Of a stretch of 64,000 nucleotides of DNA, positions 50,615-62,974 are shown in pieces. The stretch comes from Squalus acanthias (Eukaryota). Made by a program: the position numbers and the translations under genes. Each line of letters begins with the position of its first letter. Within the stretch, counting starts at the first letter, position 1. Location: contig CM059432.1 of assembly GCA_030390025.1 (NCBI GenBank), positions 14,634,001-14,698,000 of the forward strand, given 5' to 3'. The notes under the pieces were generated by a model. The model ran no database searches. It saw nothing but the letters and a program-made list of their open reading frames with translations, and was not told the origin of the DNA.

Positions 50615-51000
50615 CCCTTCTCCCATCCCCAGTTCATACTGACAGGCTTCTCTCCATCCCAGTTCATGTTGGTGCTCCTATCCCTTTCTCCCCTTCAATT
50701 CAAACTGACACTCTTCCCTCTTCCCACTCCAGTTCATAGACACTTACCCCCTGCTCCCTCTCAATTCAAGTTGGCTGTAATCCCCTTTCCCCCAGTTCAT
50801 GCTGGCACTCTTCTCATTCTTCAGCCCGAGCTCATGCTGGCATTCTTCATGTTCCTCAGTCCCAGCTCATGCTGGAGCTCCCCCCGCTCCCCTCCCCTCA
50901 TCCTCAGTTTAAGCTGGTACTTCCTTCTCTCCATCCCAGTTCATGCTCACACTGATCCTCTTCCTCCAGCCTTAGTTCATGCTGGCACTCTCCTTACCTG
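50615..51000. repeat. Degenerate pyrimidine-rich minisatellite, about 30-35 bp period
   Basis: Recurring CCCAGTTCATGCTGGC core, about 11 copies. Confidence 0.7.
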
Positions 51001-51619
51001 CCCCTACAGCTCTCCTCTTCCCTCGTTTCCCTCGCCCCCACCAGCTCCGATTTCCTGCTGCTACAGCAGATTGAATTCTGCAAAGATTCCTACCTGCAGT
51101 GCCTTTCAATTCCATGGAGCAGTAATTGGAGACAGCAGCGAAGCAAAGAGCCAGCGCCACAATGGGGTCTGTTTGCTAATGAAGAAAATGGGAACACTGC
51201 ATTTCTTGGTTAATGGGACAGATTATATAGAACCTGCAGATAAAGTCATTGAAGATTTTCACAGTTGGGAAGCACTATTAGCTGCTGCGTTTCTTACATT
51301 ACAACAGCGACTACACTTCAAAAGTACTTCATTGGCTGTAAAATTCTTTGGGACGTCCTGAGGTTGTGAAAGGCACTATATAAATGCAAGTCTTTTTTCA
51401 AGCTAAGCTTCCTAGCTTTGATCCTATCAATACATAGTGCGACCCAACTGTGTAAAACCTTCCATGTATTTATCTACAGGTTCCATGTAATCTGTACCGT
51501 TAACCAAGAAAGCAGATAAATTTTACAAGCCAGTATAAACTTGATGTAAAAAAAAAACCCTGCCACTTTCTCCCGACAAAACACCTGGCACTGAATCAAC
51601 CATGTTTACACATTGGAAC

Positions 51620-51770
51620 CAATGTTCCCTGTAAGCTGGGCTTTGTTCTGTGCAGCTTGTTTCTTTTAGTGCGCGGTCCCTTTAAATCTCCGCGCATGCG
51701 CGGTATTTACAACGGGGAAGCCGGTGAGCGGCCTGTGCGGGACCTTTCCCGTAGCTTAGAGGGAACATTG
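51620..51770. mobile_element. hAT-type MITE, 151 bp
   Basis: TIRs CAATGTTCCCTGTAAGCT / AGCTTAGAGGGAACATTG; 8-bp TSD ATTGGAAC/ATTGGAAG. Confidence 0.85.
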
Positions 51771-51880
51771 ATTGGAAGGGTCATCGACCTGAAATGTTAA
51801 CTCGTGTTTCTCTCTCTCTCTCCACAGATGCTGCCTGACCTGCTGAGTGTTTTCTGCTTTTATTCCATGTTTACACGTAC

Positions 51881-52012
51881 CTGTGCAGGATCCACATCAT
51901 TGAGCATGACGATTGATGTACAGTGATAGTCCAACACAAGTCTCCAGAAGTCCTTCACGGTATTTGGTAAGGGATGTTGGGTAACAATGAAGGCCGAAGG
52001 TTGCTTATAACT
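51881..52012 (-). CDS. PTPRM: PTPRM coding exon (D2)
   Basis: 132 bp, tttcag|AGT ... CAG|gtacg; [44 protein letters not shown]. Confidence 0.96.
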
Positions 52013-52455
52013 CTGAAAACATGAACCAAGAGTTAGGCTGACACAAAGGTAGATATTCCCAGTCCTCAACTACTGGCAGCACATATTGGAAAAGCGACAG
52101 TCAGCATGACTCCAACATTCTAATACTTGCTGGCAGCCGGGCAAGGCCTCAGAAAATCTATGCCAACATTTAAATGTTTTCATTCTTCAGCACTGCTAAA
52201 AAAAGAACTCCTGAACCTTCCCAAATGGCTCAGTGGGTGAATGACTCATGCGGTGTGGCACTGAGCCACCCAAACCAGGAAGGTTCCAGCTTTGTTCCTA
52301 GGCTCTGTTGTGTTTGTTAATCCCAGCTGGGTCACTAGTTGGGATGTCATAATTGGCTCAGTCCTGGGTTAGCAACGATCCAAACATTTCCTGATCCCAA
52401 TCCAGTGGCACCTACTGGGAATTATGCGTATGCCTGAGCGTGTCTGTGATCGTGC

Positions 52456-53222
52456 GTATGTGTGTGTGTGTGTGTGTGAAGGTACGTACATGGGTATGTG
52501 TGTGTACGTGTTGTGAAGGTGCGTACATGGGTATGTGTGTGTGTGTGTGAAGGTGCGTACATGGGTATGTGTGTGTGTGTGTGTGTGAAGGTACGTACAT
52601 GGGTATGTGTGTGTACGTGTTGTGAAGGTGCGTACATGGGTATGTGTGTGTGTGTGTGTGAAGGTGCGTACATGGGTATGTGTGTGTGTGTGAAGGTACG
52701 TACATGGGTATGTGTGTGTACGTGTTGTGAAGGTGCGTACATGGGTATGTGTGTGTGTGTGTGTGAAGGTGCGTACATGGGTATGTGTGTGTGTGTGAAG
52801 GTACGTACATGGGTATGTGTGTGTACGTGTTGTGAAGGTGCGTACATGGGTATGTGTGTGTGTGTGTGTGAAGGTGCGTACATGGGTATGTGTGTGTGTG
52901 TGTGAAGGTGCGTACATGGGTATGTGTGTGTACGTGTTGTGAAGGTGCGTACATGGGTATGTGTGTGTGTGTGTGTGTGTGTGAAGGTGCGTACATGGGT
53001 ATGTGTGTGTGTGTGTGTGAAGGTACGTACATGGGTATGTGTGTGTACGTGTTGTGAAGGTGCGTACATGGGTATGTGTGTGTGTGTGTGTGTGTGAAGG
53101 TGCGTACATGGGTATGTGTGTGTGTGTGTGAAGGTGCGTACATGGGTATGTGTGTGTGTGTGTGAAGGTGCGTACATGGGTATGTGTGTGTGTGTGTGTG
53201 AAGGTGCGTACATGTGTGTGTA
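52456..53222. repeat. Compound minisatellite: GAAGGTRCGTACATGGGTAT + (GT)n
   Basis: About 21 units of 32-42 bp with variable GT length. Confidence 0.95.
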
Positions 53223-55088
53223 CATCAAGTGAAGACAGTATCAGGCTTGGCTGGGCAGGAGGCATTATTTGAATGGTCCTCCGCATTTTTCAATGATTTT
53301 TCCCTGCTTGTTTTTTTTTAGCTTCACACAAATTATGTTTTATACCCAGGCCAAGAGGTGGGGCAGACTCTGAGGTCTCTACCAACTGAACACTGCACTT
53401 TCTAAGTGTGTGAGATCAGCACGAGTTGACCCCCTCCTCTGATTTCCCATTTGCCTCTCCCTTCCTGTAGGGAAGTGGCAGGCCTTCGTTTGGTGCCCAT
53501 CCCTGATGTCCTGCTCAAGATTGGCAACTTGCTATGTGGTGAAGCATAATCATGAACTTATGTCATACTGCTGCAGGCAATGGCGTGCTAGTATATAACC
53601 CAGCCAGCCACTGGGCTAGTGCAAGCACCTTGAGTCGATAATTATCTGCGTCCTCCCTCTTTGCAAAGATGCGATGCCCAGTTTCCACAAGGCTATCTAT
53701 CCCATGCAAAGGACTGGTCAAACCAACTGAACCACGTTCCATTCTCGGGCTCAACATGCAGGTGCGTAATAGATTGCTTGAGCTATTATGTAATTGTTTT
53801 ATTACATTTTCCCTCAGGATGCAGACGATGCTGGTAAGGCCACATTTACTGGCCATCGTAGTTGCCCTTTTTGTGAAACAATTATTTTTGCAACTGGTTG
53901 CTTGCTAGGCCAATTCAGAGGAGCCCAGAAAGGGGGCATTAAGAGTCAACCACGTAATGTAGGAGTGGAGTCATGTGTAGGCCAGCCCAAGAATGGATGG
54001 CATGTTCCTGTCTCTGAATCATAATAGTGAACCATCATAGTATTTTCTTGGTACTAGTTTGAAATTCCAAATTTATTTTAACACAATACATTAGCCTAAT
54101 TGGGAATCCAGATGTGGCTAACTGCATTTCTGATTAGTAAATAAAAAACGACACCGTTGTTGGGCAAGTGATCCCAATACTCATTTGCATGGTGTATGCA
54201 TGTGTACTTTAACCTTTTTGTGCATATGTTGATAAAATAGTACGACCAAAAGCAGAGTGTGTGAGTGTTTTGATCGTTGTGTGTGCTTTACTTCCTTAGT
54301 TCCTGCTTATTGGTTATCTGCTAAAATGTTGTGTAACACGGGTGAAAACTCCGGACTTCACAACTGCCGACTTGCCATGGAAACACCAGTAGCATTGAAT
54401 GGAGAGGGGAGCGGTCACTGTGGTCAGCTCGACCAATCGGAATAACCGCTCCAGGCCAGCAGGAGGAATCAGCCCAACCAATAACGAGCAGCTCCAACAG
54501 GGCTCGCCATGGCAACGGACAAGCAGCATCCAACCGTGGTCTGGACGGAGAGCAGGGATGGGCCTGGTGGGTCTCACTGTGCGCGTTAACATTCTCAGCA
54601 AGCACTCTGATGAAGTCAAAGTACCGCTCGCCACTGCTGGAGAAAAAGCGAGAAACCGCACTGAGATGTGCTGGCTCTGATAAATTCATGCCCCAAATCC
54701 AAACTTTGGTGAAAGAGAAAGACGGCAAGTTTCACACTGAATGCTGGTAGATGTTTGTGAAATGCATTTACCTGTATTGCGTGCAAGGCGTTTTCTACTA
54801 CAATCAGTACATGTGGCGAAAATGGCATTGCTGTAGCCACGCCAGTGGTTAATCAGAAATTTCTATTGGACAACATTGTTTTAACAACATGGGATTTTAA
54901 CTCATGACCTCTGGATTTCTACTCCAGTATTATAACCACTGCGCTACTGTACGTAACGAGTAATGAGAACAATTTAACATTTTACCAATCAATCAAACAT
55001 TTAATGAAAAATCAAATAGAAAATGCACCGTAACGCTGTCTTGAGGCTTCTTATAAGTCTCATTACTGAAGTATCAATAGCTACTCAC

Positions 55089-55262
55089 ATCCATTAGGGC
55101 AGCGTTGATGTAATTGCTACTTTCGCCATCTATTGTGATCAGGAATGGGAGACACCTGTCTGGTGGAAGGACATCCATACACCGATTCTTCTCATGGTTT
55201 CGGGGCAGCAGTGCTATACTGCAGTCCTCCACTCGTAGGGTTGGGGTCACCATGTTAAGAGT
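55089..55262 (-). CDS. PTPRM: PTPRM coding exon (D2)
   Basis: 174 bp, tttcag|ACT ... GAT|gtgag; [58 protein letters not shown]. Confidence 0.96.
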
Positions 55263-56599
55263 CTGAAAGAGAAAGATGACAAAGGCTGTTCCTAATTTTA
55301 CGTAACAACATGAGAACGTATGGACCAAGAAGAGCTCATATGATCCTTTAATCCTGTTGCTTTTGTTAGTAATTTGTCTCGTCATGGACTCTATCCAACT
55401 GACTCAATCTCTTAAGGCAAGCAACCACCCAAAGGTAAAGCCTCTTGTGTCAGGGCATTGAATTACTCATTATCAAAATTATTATCGCAGGATGCTTCAC
55501 AAATGTGGCATATAAACGGTGCGTTCATTCAGGCCCTCACACTTCAGGCTCTACAACTGCGTACAGATAACTTCTCCAGCGCTGCCATAGATTTAGCTCT
55601 TTGTTTTGAAAATTGCTTTATTATTTTTCCTTCCACTTTTCTGCCTTGAAGTTTCCCGCCATCATCCATTTCCATCACCAATAACTGTTCACTGGGAGAA
55701 TGGTCCAGGATTACTGACCCTTCCCCCCCTCCCCCCACCCCCCCAATTTTCCATCCATGACTGATCTTAACCAAGTGAACAGACCCTCATGTTCTTCCTG
55801 TTTCAATCTCTATGGCTCAACAGATGGCTCAGCAGGTCACGTACCTCTGTCACGTAGAAGGTGGGCAAATAACCTACACCAAAGCCTCCGCCAACGCCCC
55901 CTTTGTCAGACTACTAAGAGACATGAGCCAGCGATTCAGCGATCATATTTCCAATTTGATAAAGTTATTCTCTACTGGACGGAGATACCCGCCTTCACCC
56001 TCCCCTCTTTGCATACCACACTCCGATCGGGAGCGGAGCAGAGCGAGGGAGGGAGGGGGTAGAACATGCATCCGCTCATAACATGGCATTGCTTGTTGGT
56101 GTCCAGGATATGCCACCACCCTGCTTCCTTTGCCATTGGTGGCAGAATGAGATTGCGATTCACTGCGCGCAGACTTGGAATGAGACTGACCCATTTTGGT
56201 CCGAAAAGTGTGAGCTGTGCTGATGCATCAGATTCTAATAAATAACCCCAGCTTCACCTTTAACTGGGTTTGTGATCTGCCTCCTAACAAGGACAAATGT
56301 ATCTTTTTCGGGCTGGGTGATGAGTATGTAAGTATACTCCTTCTGTATAGAAACTGAGATTGAGGAGCAGCAACGATATCTCACCTGTTCGGCCCCCCCC
56401 CAAAACGAAGGTCTACCCCGCCCCCCTCGACCCACACAACGGCTTTTAAATATTGAAGCAAGTTCAACAATCGTTGAAGATCTGGAATTTTTCCGATCAG
56501 ATTTGAACTTCAGCCCATGTTCAGCTAGTAAATTGCCTTTCACAGAAAACCCCTTTTATACTGTTAGAAACGTGTGTGCTGGAAAGTGCTTTTGCTTAC

Positions 56600-56749
56600 C
56601 CTGTACTCCTCCTTTATCTGAGAAGAGTTTGTTTGTGGCTCCAGCTTATTCATCTCATAATATGCGGACCTGAGCTGAGAGGCTGGAATCGCTGTGTCTC
56701 CACACAAACAGGCCTCCAGTATGGCGTCATGGATGAACACATACTGTTC
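56600..56749 (-). CDS. PTPRM: PTPRM coding exon (D1 end / D1-D2 linker)
   Basis: 150 bp, caacag|GAAC ... CAGG|gtaag; [50 protein letters not shown]. Confidence 0.95.
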
Positions 56750-58481
56750 CTGTTGAGTTAGAGAGAGAAGCCAATTTTCAATCAAAGTGGAATCATTTTA
56801 TGTGCAGGAATTAATGATTCAAAAGCTCTTCACAGCTGCATTTCTGAACATGAGGTTTAATGATTTGTTGCTGAGTAAGATGTAATTCATATCACAGCAA
56901 ATGATCTGGAAAGGTTTCAGTGTACATAAAGAATAAACCACTGCACAACAATATCCTCAAACATACCGTGTCTGATTTTTATTATCCATTCACTGCAATA
57001 CCAATTTCAAACTCTTTAACTGTTTGACTGCCGATTAATTATTGTTTCAGACGCAGGTTACAAGTGAGCAAAACTTGCCCTCCTCCTTTATGCTCAAGAA
57101 ACAGTTATCATTCCTCAGCTGAAGTGTCATGTCGGTGAACTTTACTCATGCCGCTCTATAACCGGATAATGAGGAGGTGTTTGACAGCAACCCAGGTTGC
57201 CTCATTCTATCTGTTGAGCAAGCATCTCAACTTTACTTAACACCTTGCTGTGTTAACCACCAGTCCCCCTAGCTGCCAGAGCTCTTAGAGAACTACGGAT
57301 TCAAGAACGCTCCACCTGAACTATCCCTCCCCAATACACCAGCAGTCCTGGCCATCCTTAAAACCATCATCTTCACAACCACCATCCGATTGCCTTCCTG
57401 CATTCCAGCTTCATGGGGGCTTGGCCTCACTTGACTACAATTACTAACACCGCCACCGAAGACAGAACAAAAAACTTTACTCCAACAACTCAATTCATAT
57501 TTGTATAACAGTTAACTTGCCGAGTTAAGAATCGCCCTTGTGCAAACTCTTGGTGCCCATCTTGTGTGCTCATTTGCCTATCCTAGTACTCCTACAAAGT
57601 GTATCCCCAGTGGCTACAGCTTGGGACGTGGACTGGAAGGCTGCTGAGCTTCCATTGAGGACACTTCAAATGGCCGTGATGGGCGACCTCGAGCAGCTCT
57701 GGCCTTGAGGGCGAATCGGGGGCGCCACCTCACATGCCTGATTTTATACCCCACATCTGCTACTAACAAGGCTCCATGCAAGGCCTACCCTCGATTATCG
57801 CAACACTGACAATTGCATTCAGAGAGGGTGCCCGGACACTTGTGTATATACGCTATCCTCTGGTCACTGACTTGAGTGATAAAGTTGCTGTGAATATAAA
57901 GTGGGTTTCCTCATTTTATACTCTCACCAGCTTTTTCACTCATGTTAGTGACAGAGGAAAATGTACCTACTGGTGAGAGAAATGGAGTAAATACATACAA
58001 TGCAGTAGAATGGCTCTTCTGAGATTGAGACTACGGTACATTGTTGACACAGAACGAAGGGAGCTTTACTTTGCAGGTGCAGTATACTTGATCTGACACT
58101 GAGTGGCAAAGTAGGAAAAGTGTTCCAGTCATTAGCACTGACATACTCAACTTAACGAGAGCGCAGTTTACTCAATGTATTTATTTTTTTTAAAGTTGAG
58201 CGACTGTGTGCGGTGTGGAGAAGGGGACACTGAGTGAGCCCAACCATTTCCCTCCACCCTCACCTCTACTCAGTGCAACTGTCAGGTGGAGGAGGGCAGG
58301 CAATATCCTGCATCCAACCACTCCATTGCGGAGATAACAGGCATTGCGCCACCTGTACACTTGGCTTTCGCGAGGGGCTTTGGTTAAAATTCTGCATGGC
58401 TTTTTGTTGTCTTCCTAGACCCATAGAGAAACATTGGAATAAAGAGTGACCACTGTTTAAAGGAGCATTTGGACTCAGTAC

Positions 58482-58617
58482 CTCCGTCTGGACCATGTTG
58501 ACCCTGCGCGAACGTAGTTCTCTGACACAGTTGTAGATATCTACCACTCCTTCCCTCTCTGCCATATCCAACATGATGTCAATAACCATGAAACAGCCTG
58601 TTCTTCCTGCTCCGGCA
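58482..58617 (-). CDS. PTPRM: PTPRM coding exon (D1 catalytic loop and Q-loop)
   Basis: 136 bp, tttcag|TGCC ... GGAG|gtact; (S)[45 protein letters not shown], completing [10 protein letters not shown] across the intron. Confidence 0.96.
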
Positions 58618-58910
58618 CTGAAAGACAGAGAAAGAAAATCAATATTATCTCACTGACTGCCCACGAGCTGCCAGAAACACTCAATATTCTAAATGTAATA
58701 GTATTTTCAGTTTTTACTCCTTTTTAGATACCCATGAAGCTGAATACAGTTTATGACAAACTAAATCACCCTGGATCTGTTAATGGTCTCCATTAATTTG
58801 GATATTGTCAGATAGGCAGAATTTATCATTGTAATACTCTCCTCTCATCTCATGATGTTTCTTGGGAAAATTAAATCTGTGTGATCACCTCAAATCAATC
58901 ACATAAAAGA

Positions 58911-60590
58911 AATAAAGTCTTGCATTTATATAGTGCCTTTCACGACCTCAGGACATCCCAAAGTGCTTTACAGCCAATGAAGTACTTTTGAAGTGTAGCC
59001 ATAATGTAGGAAACGTGGCAGCCAATTTGCGCACAGCAAGGTCCCACAAACAGCAATGAGGTATATGGCCAGATAATCTGTTTAGTAATGTCAGTTGCAG
59101 GATATATATCTGGTCACTGGGAGAACTCCCCTGCTCTTCTTCAATAAGTGTCATGGAATCTTTTACATCCATCTGAAAGGACACATTGGGCCTATACTCT
59201 CTGGAGTTTAGAAGAATGAGAGGTGATCTCATTGAAACATATGAGGGGGATTGAAAGGGTAGATGCTAAGAGGTTGTTTCCCTTGGCTGGAGAGTCTAGA
59301 ACTAGGGGGCATAGTCTCAACAATGAGAGGTCGGACATTTAAGACTGAGATGAGGAGGAATTTCTTCACTCAGAGGGTTGTGAATCTTTGGAATTCTCTA
59401 CCACAAAGGGCTGAGGATACTGAATCGTTGAATATATTCAAGGCTGAAATAGACAGATTTTTGGACTCTCGGGGAATCAAGGGATATGGAGATTGGGCGG
59501 GAAAGTGGAGTTGAGGTCGAAGATCAGCCATGATCTTATTGAATGGTGGAGCAAGCTCGAGGGGCCATATGGTCTACTTCTGCTCCTAATTCTTATGTTC
59601 TTATAGGGCCTCGGTTTAATGACTTCCTCGGTACTGCACTGAAGGCCGGGATCTTACCTGAAGAGGCGCGTTGGGGTGGGACTGCTGCCTTTCGGGTTCT
59701 AGCCCCGCCTCCAGCGACGTCCGACGCATAGACGCTATTTTGCGTCAATTGACCTTGTTAAGCCGCCCTGTGGGCTTGCCGGCCAATTAAGAGAAAGCCG
59801 GTGTCAGATGACGTCAGTTGATGACGTGTTATCTGCTGGTTTTCTTAAAGGGGCCACCACCATTTCTTTTTGACAGATGATTTTTCAGTGTTTGACAGCA
59901 TTGAGGTGTTGCAAGCACTGACAATCACTGTACAAAGGTGAGCCCTTGCACCCAGACTCTCCAGTGACTCTCTCCTTAGGCTAAAACAGATGGCAGCTGC
60001 AGGTGAGGTTACAGAAGCGATCTGTCACTGGTGAGAAAGGTTATCCCAATGAAGTGGGACTACACAAACACTTCAACGTTTATCACCTACAGAAAATTCT
60101 AAACACATTAAAAATTACTTTCCCAACATTTTCTTACCTCTGCAACTCGCCAGTGTCCCAATGGATCCTTCACACCACTTCTGCAGCTGTCATCTACACA
60201 CAAACATTGCAGTAGACCCACAGCACGCCTCACTTACCCTGGCGGGGTTTCCCGACGTCGGGAAGCCTGCAGTAGAAGTGTCAAAATTGGAAAAAGCCTC
60301 TTAACTGCCTGTGAACAAGCAGTTAAGTGGCTATAATCCTCTTCCCGCCGCTAGGAGTTGGGTCCCTGCGCAAATCGGGAAGATTGATTGGAGGCGGGTT
60401 CGGGACCCGCTGCCAATCTTTTTGATTTTGCCAGCAGTTCCGCCTCCAAACCCGACCCCTGAGCGCCGGCAAAATCCCCCCCGAAGTGTCAGCCTAGCTT
60501 CTGTGCTCAAGTCTCTGGGAGTGGGGCTTGAACGCATGACCTTCTGTCTCAGAGGCTAGAGTGCTATGACTAAGCCAAGGCTGACACCTT
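58911..60590 (-). mobile_element. DeuSINE broken by a CR1 3' fragment (59181-59604, +) and a MITE (59644-60482)
   Basis: SINE tail at 58911, middle at 59605-59643, head at 60483-60590; gtactgcactgaa|gtgtcagcctag rejoins. Confidence 0.75.
59644..60482. mobile_element. Harbinger-type MITE (family B), inverted relative to 22272-23065
   Basis: Ends GGCCGGGATCTTACC / GGCAAAATCCCCCCC, TSD GAA. Confidence 0.7.
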
Positions 60591-60844
60591 CAGAGAGTGG
60601 CAAAGAAGTTTAGACCAATTCATAAAGTGACAAAGCGAGTTCAAGAGTAAGATTCTTAACTTGCTGCCTGGATGTAGAATTGATGTTATAGAATCAAAGG
60701 AAATAAAAACAGAATGGTTTCTATAATAGCTAGCTGATGCAAAATTCCAGTTTTATGCCCAGGCATCAAGTTGAAACTCTAAACCCAAGATACTCCAGGC
60801 TGTCCTGATAGGAAAGTGATCAAATTATTGCAATTCTTATTGAG

Positions 60845-60998
60845 AATTTCAAAACTGAGATCGATAGATTTTTGTTAGGTAAGGATATTAAGGGATATGG
60901 CACCAAAGGAGGTGAAATACAGATCAGCCATGATCTAATTGAATGGCGGAAAAGGCTCGTGGGGCTGAATGGCCAACCCCTGTCCCTATGTTCCTATG
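60845..60998 (+). mobile_element. CR1 3' tail
   Basis: ttcaaaactgagatcgatagatttttg...cctatgttcctatg. Confidence 0.75.
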
Positions 60999-61015
60999 AA
61001 AGAGATTCCACCTAC

Positions 61016-61170
61016 CTGCAATGTACCACTATAGGCCCAGCACCCGCTGGATTCTTTGTCTTTACCCGCCTTACAAAGCCCAGCAGCCCTGTAGCATGGT
61101 AGGGAACACCATGGTCCGGCCAGCCAGTGAAGTGGAGCTGTCTGATCTCTCGGATCTCATGAGCACCTCT
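61016..61170 (-). CDS. PTPRM: PTPRM coding exon (D1, WPD loop and start of the catalytic motif)
   Basis: 155 bp, ttaacag|AGAGGT ... TGCAG|gtagg; [51 protein letters not shown]; not captured by the ORF track. Confidence 0.95.
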
Positions 61171-61995
61171 CTGTTAAAAAGAGGAGAAGAAGGGAAAGTC
61201 GCATTTGTCTCCTTGAGAACCACATAGTTACAGGTGGAAAGCAATCACTTGTATGATGAGGTGCAACATAAACATAGAAGATAAAGATGAGCAGCCTTCA
61301 TTACTGTAAAGCAAATTTCACATCATCCGAAAAGTTCTTTAAAATGAAGTCAAATTATAATTAGCCCCTGGTATAAGAAACGTTGCATTTACAAGATAGA
61401 AGTTCACATAGAGATGGCAGAATTAAGATAGCAGGAATTTGCATTGAGGTGGCAAGAATTCACATAGAGATACCATTGCGATAACAGAAATTCACATTGA
61501 GATAACAGGAATTGAAATAGGAATTCACATCATGTGCAAACCATGTATATGTGGTAACCCTGCTTTGTGTTTCTAAGGCCCCATTTTCTAGAAATGTGCT
61601 CGCTAATAAAAAGGAGGAAAAATTCCATTTGTTTCCTTGAGAACCACAAACATACAGGTGGAAAGAAATAACTTGTATGATAAGGTGCTAAATGCACCAT
61701 GGATTCAAACTCTGCTCTGACAACCAGCAATGCACACCCACTCCCACTCACATCTTGATTACATCAGCAAAAACTTGTATACCTTTGCCCTTCAAATTAT
61801 CATGTAATTACCTGATCATTTTCAATCCATTGCTTCGAAACAATGGAGTTGCCCAAACATAATGCTTCCGACATGCACTCAGGCAGAAAATAAGCTGATG
61901 GCCAATATTGGCCGTGATAGGTTTCACCAACATGAGACGGCCACAGGTTTAAGGGTCTTTTAATTATGATTACAGACATAAAAAGGTTTCCTTAC

Positions 61996-62112
61996 CTTCT
62001 CTACTGCAAATGTTCTTATGACATATTCAGCCAACAGTTCTGTCTCAATGAGAGTAACTTTAATGTCTCTGTAGATTTCAGTGTCATCTGGCCAATACTT
62101 GCAGCACTTCAC
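61996..62112 (-). CDS. PTPRM: PTPRM coding exon (PTP D1), first exon visible in window; gene continues beyond 64000
   Basis: 117 bp, AG/GT flanked (ccaacag|GTGAAG ... GAGAAG|gtaag); encodes [39 protein letters not shown], matching the PTPmu D1 sequence. Confidence 0.95.
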
Positions 62113-62548
62113 CTGTTGGCATAGAGCAATATTAAGATAATCAGCAATTGCAGTTTTTTTTCTTTTTATATTTTTGACATTAAAAGACATATGCATGGGC
62201 TAGAAATTCGTTATAGCCAAGGACTGGGCAGTGTTTAGACTAAAAATGGTTAAGTAGCGCCAGGTGAAAATTGTCTAGTGTGCACGCAAAATTCATCCTC
62301 ACTCCTCATTAAAATGATTGCAGTCATGATTCTAGTCTAAAAACCCAAGCTTATTGGCGTTACAGTGAAAAGATGGATCAATATTGGGTATAGTCTAAAC
62401 TCAAGTAATGATTGCCACGGGGTTTTTCACTACTTAAAGGGGCGGTTCATTGATGCTGCAGCACCCCATTCTCAGCACTGTTGGGTGTGCAGCTGTCTCA
62501 ACAACCATAAGAAGGACAAGGAGAAGGAATACTTATTTACAAATCCTG

Positions 62549-62790
62549 ATGGCAGATCGCCGCCCCAGGGAAAGAGCCTGGAGATTTTTCGATTAAGCTT
62601 TGGAGGCATTGGTTTTAGTGGTGAAGAGAAGGCAGGTGGCCCTGTACCAACTGGCAGGAGGCTCTCGCCACAAGTCTGACAGACTATGTGGAGGGAGGTG
62701 GCACACCACGTCATGGGAGCACTGTGCTCTCCAGGTCCTACACCCAGTGCAGGAGGAAGTTTAACAAGCTCACATGAATGATCAGGGTGA
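62549..62790 (+). pseudogene. Decayed Harbinger Myb/SANT-like ORF1 exon
   Basis: MADRRPRERAWRFFD*ALEALV...WREVA...RSYTQCRRKFNKLT then agg|gtgagt; downstream of a GGGCTAGAAATT terminus at about 62197. Confidence 0.6.
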
Positions 62791-62974
62791 GTGAAAGCTT
62801 CAACAAATGCTACATACCACCATCTGTACCACAAACTTCACACACTGCTCAATGCACCGCACCCCCAGCAATCTCTACCGAGCAACACTCACACCCACAT
62901 CTCACACCTTGCACACAATGACAGCTATTCAACTATGGCAGGCACAGGGGTCATTAGTTATTAGAATTCATGTG

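Noticed and set aside
50468..51361. 297-aa ORF
   Set aside because: Runs through a pyrimidine-rich degenerate repeat and ends in a SINE tail; no domain recognisable
52369..53286. 243-305 aa His/Thr-rich ORFs and a CRISPR-like look (constant repeat with variable spacer)
   Set aside because: The ORFs are translations of a minisatellite; spacers are only (GT)n, there are no cas genes, and the DNA is a vertebrate intron
33860..62112. Assignment to PTPRK, PTPRT or PTPRU
   Set aside because: Residues such as [32 protein letters not shown] and the LNSG terminus match PTPRM as I recall it; a reciprocal BLAST would confirm
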